DNA of 42,183 nucleotides from an uncultured Gammaproteobacteria bacterium. Lineage in GTDB: Bacteria > Patescibacteriota > Patescibacteriia > Patescibacteriales > UBA12465. How positions within the stretch are numbered: the stretch's first letter is position 1; each line of letters starts with the position of its first letter. The notes beneath the pieces were generated by a model. The model had not been told where the DNA came from. It searched no databases and saw only the letters and a program-made list of their open reading frames with translations. A program made the position numbers and the translations under genes. This document shows, in pieces, positions 41,106 to 42,183 of this stretch. The stretch covers positions 1 to 42,183 of the forward strand of contig CAYSJT010000001.1 in assembly GCA_964431625.1 (NCBI GenBank), written 5' to 3'.

Positions 41106-42183
41106 ATGAAATACGACCATCTCAGCCGGCTTGATCCTGAAGCCTGGGCAATAATAGAGAAGGAGGAAAAACGCCAGGGCGAAGAGCTTGAACTCATCGC
41201 CTCGGAGAACTATGTTTCCCCGGCAGTTTTAGAGGCCATGGCCACGGTTTTGACCAACAAATACAGCGAAGGCTATCCCGGTCGCCGTTATTATGGCGGC
41301 AACCAAGTGATTGATGAGATGGAAAATCTGGCCGTGGAAAGGGCTAAGAAGTTATTTGACGCCGAGCATGTCAATGTCCAGCCGCTTTCCGGCTCCCCGG
41401 CTAATGCTGCGGTCTATATGGCCTTCCTCAATCCGGGCGACAAGGTCCTGGGCCTGAAGCTTGATCATGGCGGCCACCTTTCCCACGGCCACGGCGTGAA
41501 TTTTTCCGGCCGCTTGTATAATTTTGTCCAATACGGAGTTAATTCAGACAGCGGATTGATAGATATGGATGAGGTGAGGCGCATCGCTTTGGCTGAGAAG
41601 CCGAAGATGATCGTTGCCGGTTTCAGCGCCTACTCCCGCGAAATCGATTGGGCCGGTTTCAAGCGCATCGCCGATGAGATAGGCGCTTTCACTTTCGCCG
41701 ACATCGCCCATATCGCCGGCCTGATTGCCGCTAAGCAGCTGGCTAATCCGGTGCCGATTTTCGATGTCGTTTCCACTACCACCCACAAAACTTTGCGCGG
41801 GCCGCGCGGAGCCATCATTATGTGCCGGGAGCAGTATGCCAAGCAAGTCAACAGCGCCGTTTTTCCCGGCATGCAGGGCGGGCCGCATGACCATATTACT
41901 GCCGCCAAAGCAGTCGCTTTCGGCGAGGCCTTGAAACCGGAGTTCGTAGACTATGCCAAGCAGATAATTGCCAATGCCAAGGCCATGGCCGAGGCTTTCT
42001 CAGCTTTAGGCTATCGCCTCATTTCCGGCGGCACCGACAATCATCTGATGGTCGTTGATCTGAGTCCTCGTGGCCTGGCCGGGAAGGAAGCCGAGAAGGC
42101 CCTGGAAAAAGTCGGCATTTCCATATCCCGTTCCACCATCCCTAACGACCCGAACCCGCCGCTCAACCCTTCCGGCATCCGGC
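41106..42183 (+). CDS. glyA: Serine hydroxymethyltransferase (5' portion; runs off the window end)
   Basis: It is absent from the ORF track because no stop lies in the window. My translation gives MKYDHLSRLDPEAWAIIEKEEKRQGEELELIASENYVSPAVLEAMATVLTNKYSEGYPGRRYYGG...VSTTTHKTLRGPRG (PLP-lysine motif). The frame is open to 42183. Confidence 0.93.
   Translation, partial: MKYDHLSRLDPEAWAIIEKEEKRQGEELELIASENYVSPAVLEAMATVLTNKYSEGYPGRRYYGGNQVIDEMENLAVERAKKLFDAEHVNVQPLSGSPANAAVYMAFLNPGDKVLGLKLDHGGHLSHGHGVNFSGRLYNFVQYGVNSDSGLIDMDEVRRIALAEKPKMIVAGFSAYSREIDWAGFKRIADEIGAFTFADIAHIAGLIAAKQLANPVPIFDVVSTTTHKTLRGPRGAIIMCREQYAKQVNSAVFPGMQGGPHDHITAAKAVAFGEALKPEFVDYAKQIIANAKAMAEAFSALGYRLISGGTDNHLMVVDLSPRGLAGKEAEKALEKVGISISRSTIPNDPNPPLNPSGIR

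Noticed and set aside
1-42183. Search for CRISPR arrays, transposases, integrases, toxin-antitoxin pairs or known defence genes, including next to the tRNA genes
   Set aside because: I found no regularly spaced direct repeats and no recombinase-like, nuclease-like or TA-like ORFs. The only tandem repeats are the intragenic ones reported (22 bp in rpmH, 51-bp period in the beta-helix gene, 27 bp in topA).

Overview
This 42.2-kb window appears to come from a small-genome bacterium using the standard genetic code. Its gene content is consistent with Patescibacteria/CPR, which is inference only. Nearly all of it is housekeeping.

- **Gene order:** the 3' tip of a 16S rRNA gene ends in its own terminator. 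It is followed by trpS and a tRNA-Pro/Ala/Pro cluster. Next come an LCP-der-pth operon, topA, and an unusual sigma-region-4/alpha-CTD-like protein.
- **Middle of the window:** a minus-strand valS-pheS-pheT operon, a DHH-family protein, tRNA-Ile(UAU) and tRNA-Val, then purB, hsp20 and a VanW protein.
- **Origin region:** it has the classic yidC-yidD-rnpA-rpmH / dnaA-dnaN arrangement.
- **Distal part:** PBP1A, a TrmH-family methyltransferase, tRNA-Arg and tRNA-His, and a kinase-like protein next to a SAM methyltransferase. A ~540-bp ORF-free gap follows, then an MBL hydrolase / alpha-glucan phosphorylase / NOX-like reductase cluster.
- **End of the window:** a phosphomannomutase, a secreted beta-helix-repeat membrane protein, an Elp3-type radical-SAM/GNAT enzyme, and the 5' part of glyA, which the ORF track misses because it runs off the window.

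I saw no CRISPR array, transposase, integrase or recognisable defence system.

**Main points for a second look:**
- rpmH is frameshifted by a perfect 22-bp tandem duplication.
- A tRNA-Ile carries a UAU anticodon.
- The non-coding gap holds two promoter/terminator-bounded candidate RNAs.
- One protein fuses sigma region 4 with an alpha-CTD-like domain.
- The DHH protein has all of its catalytic motifs substituted.
- The window encodes a bacterial Elp3 and a NOX-type haem/flavin reductase.
- Most start codons lack a Shine-Dalgarno sequence, and several promoters imply leaderless mRNAs.

All calls rest on reading the sequence and on remembered family motifs. No searches were run.
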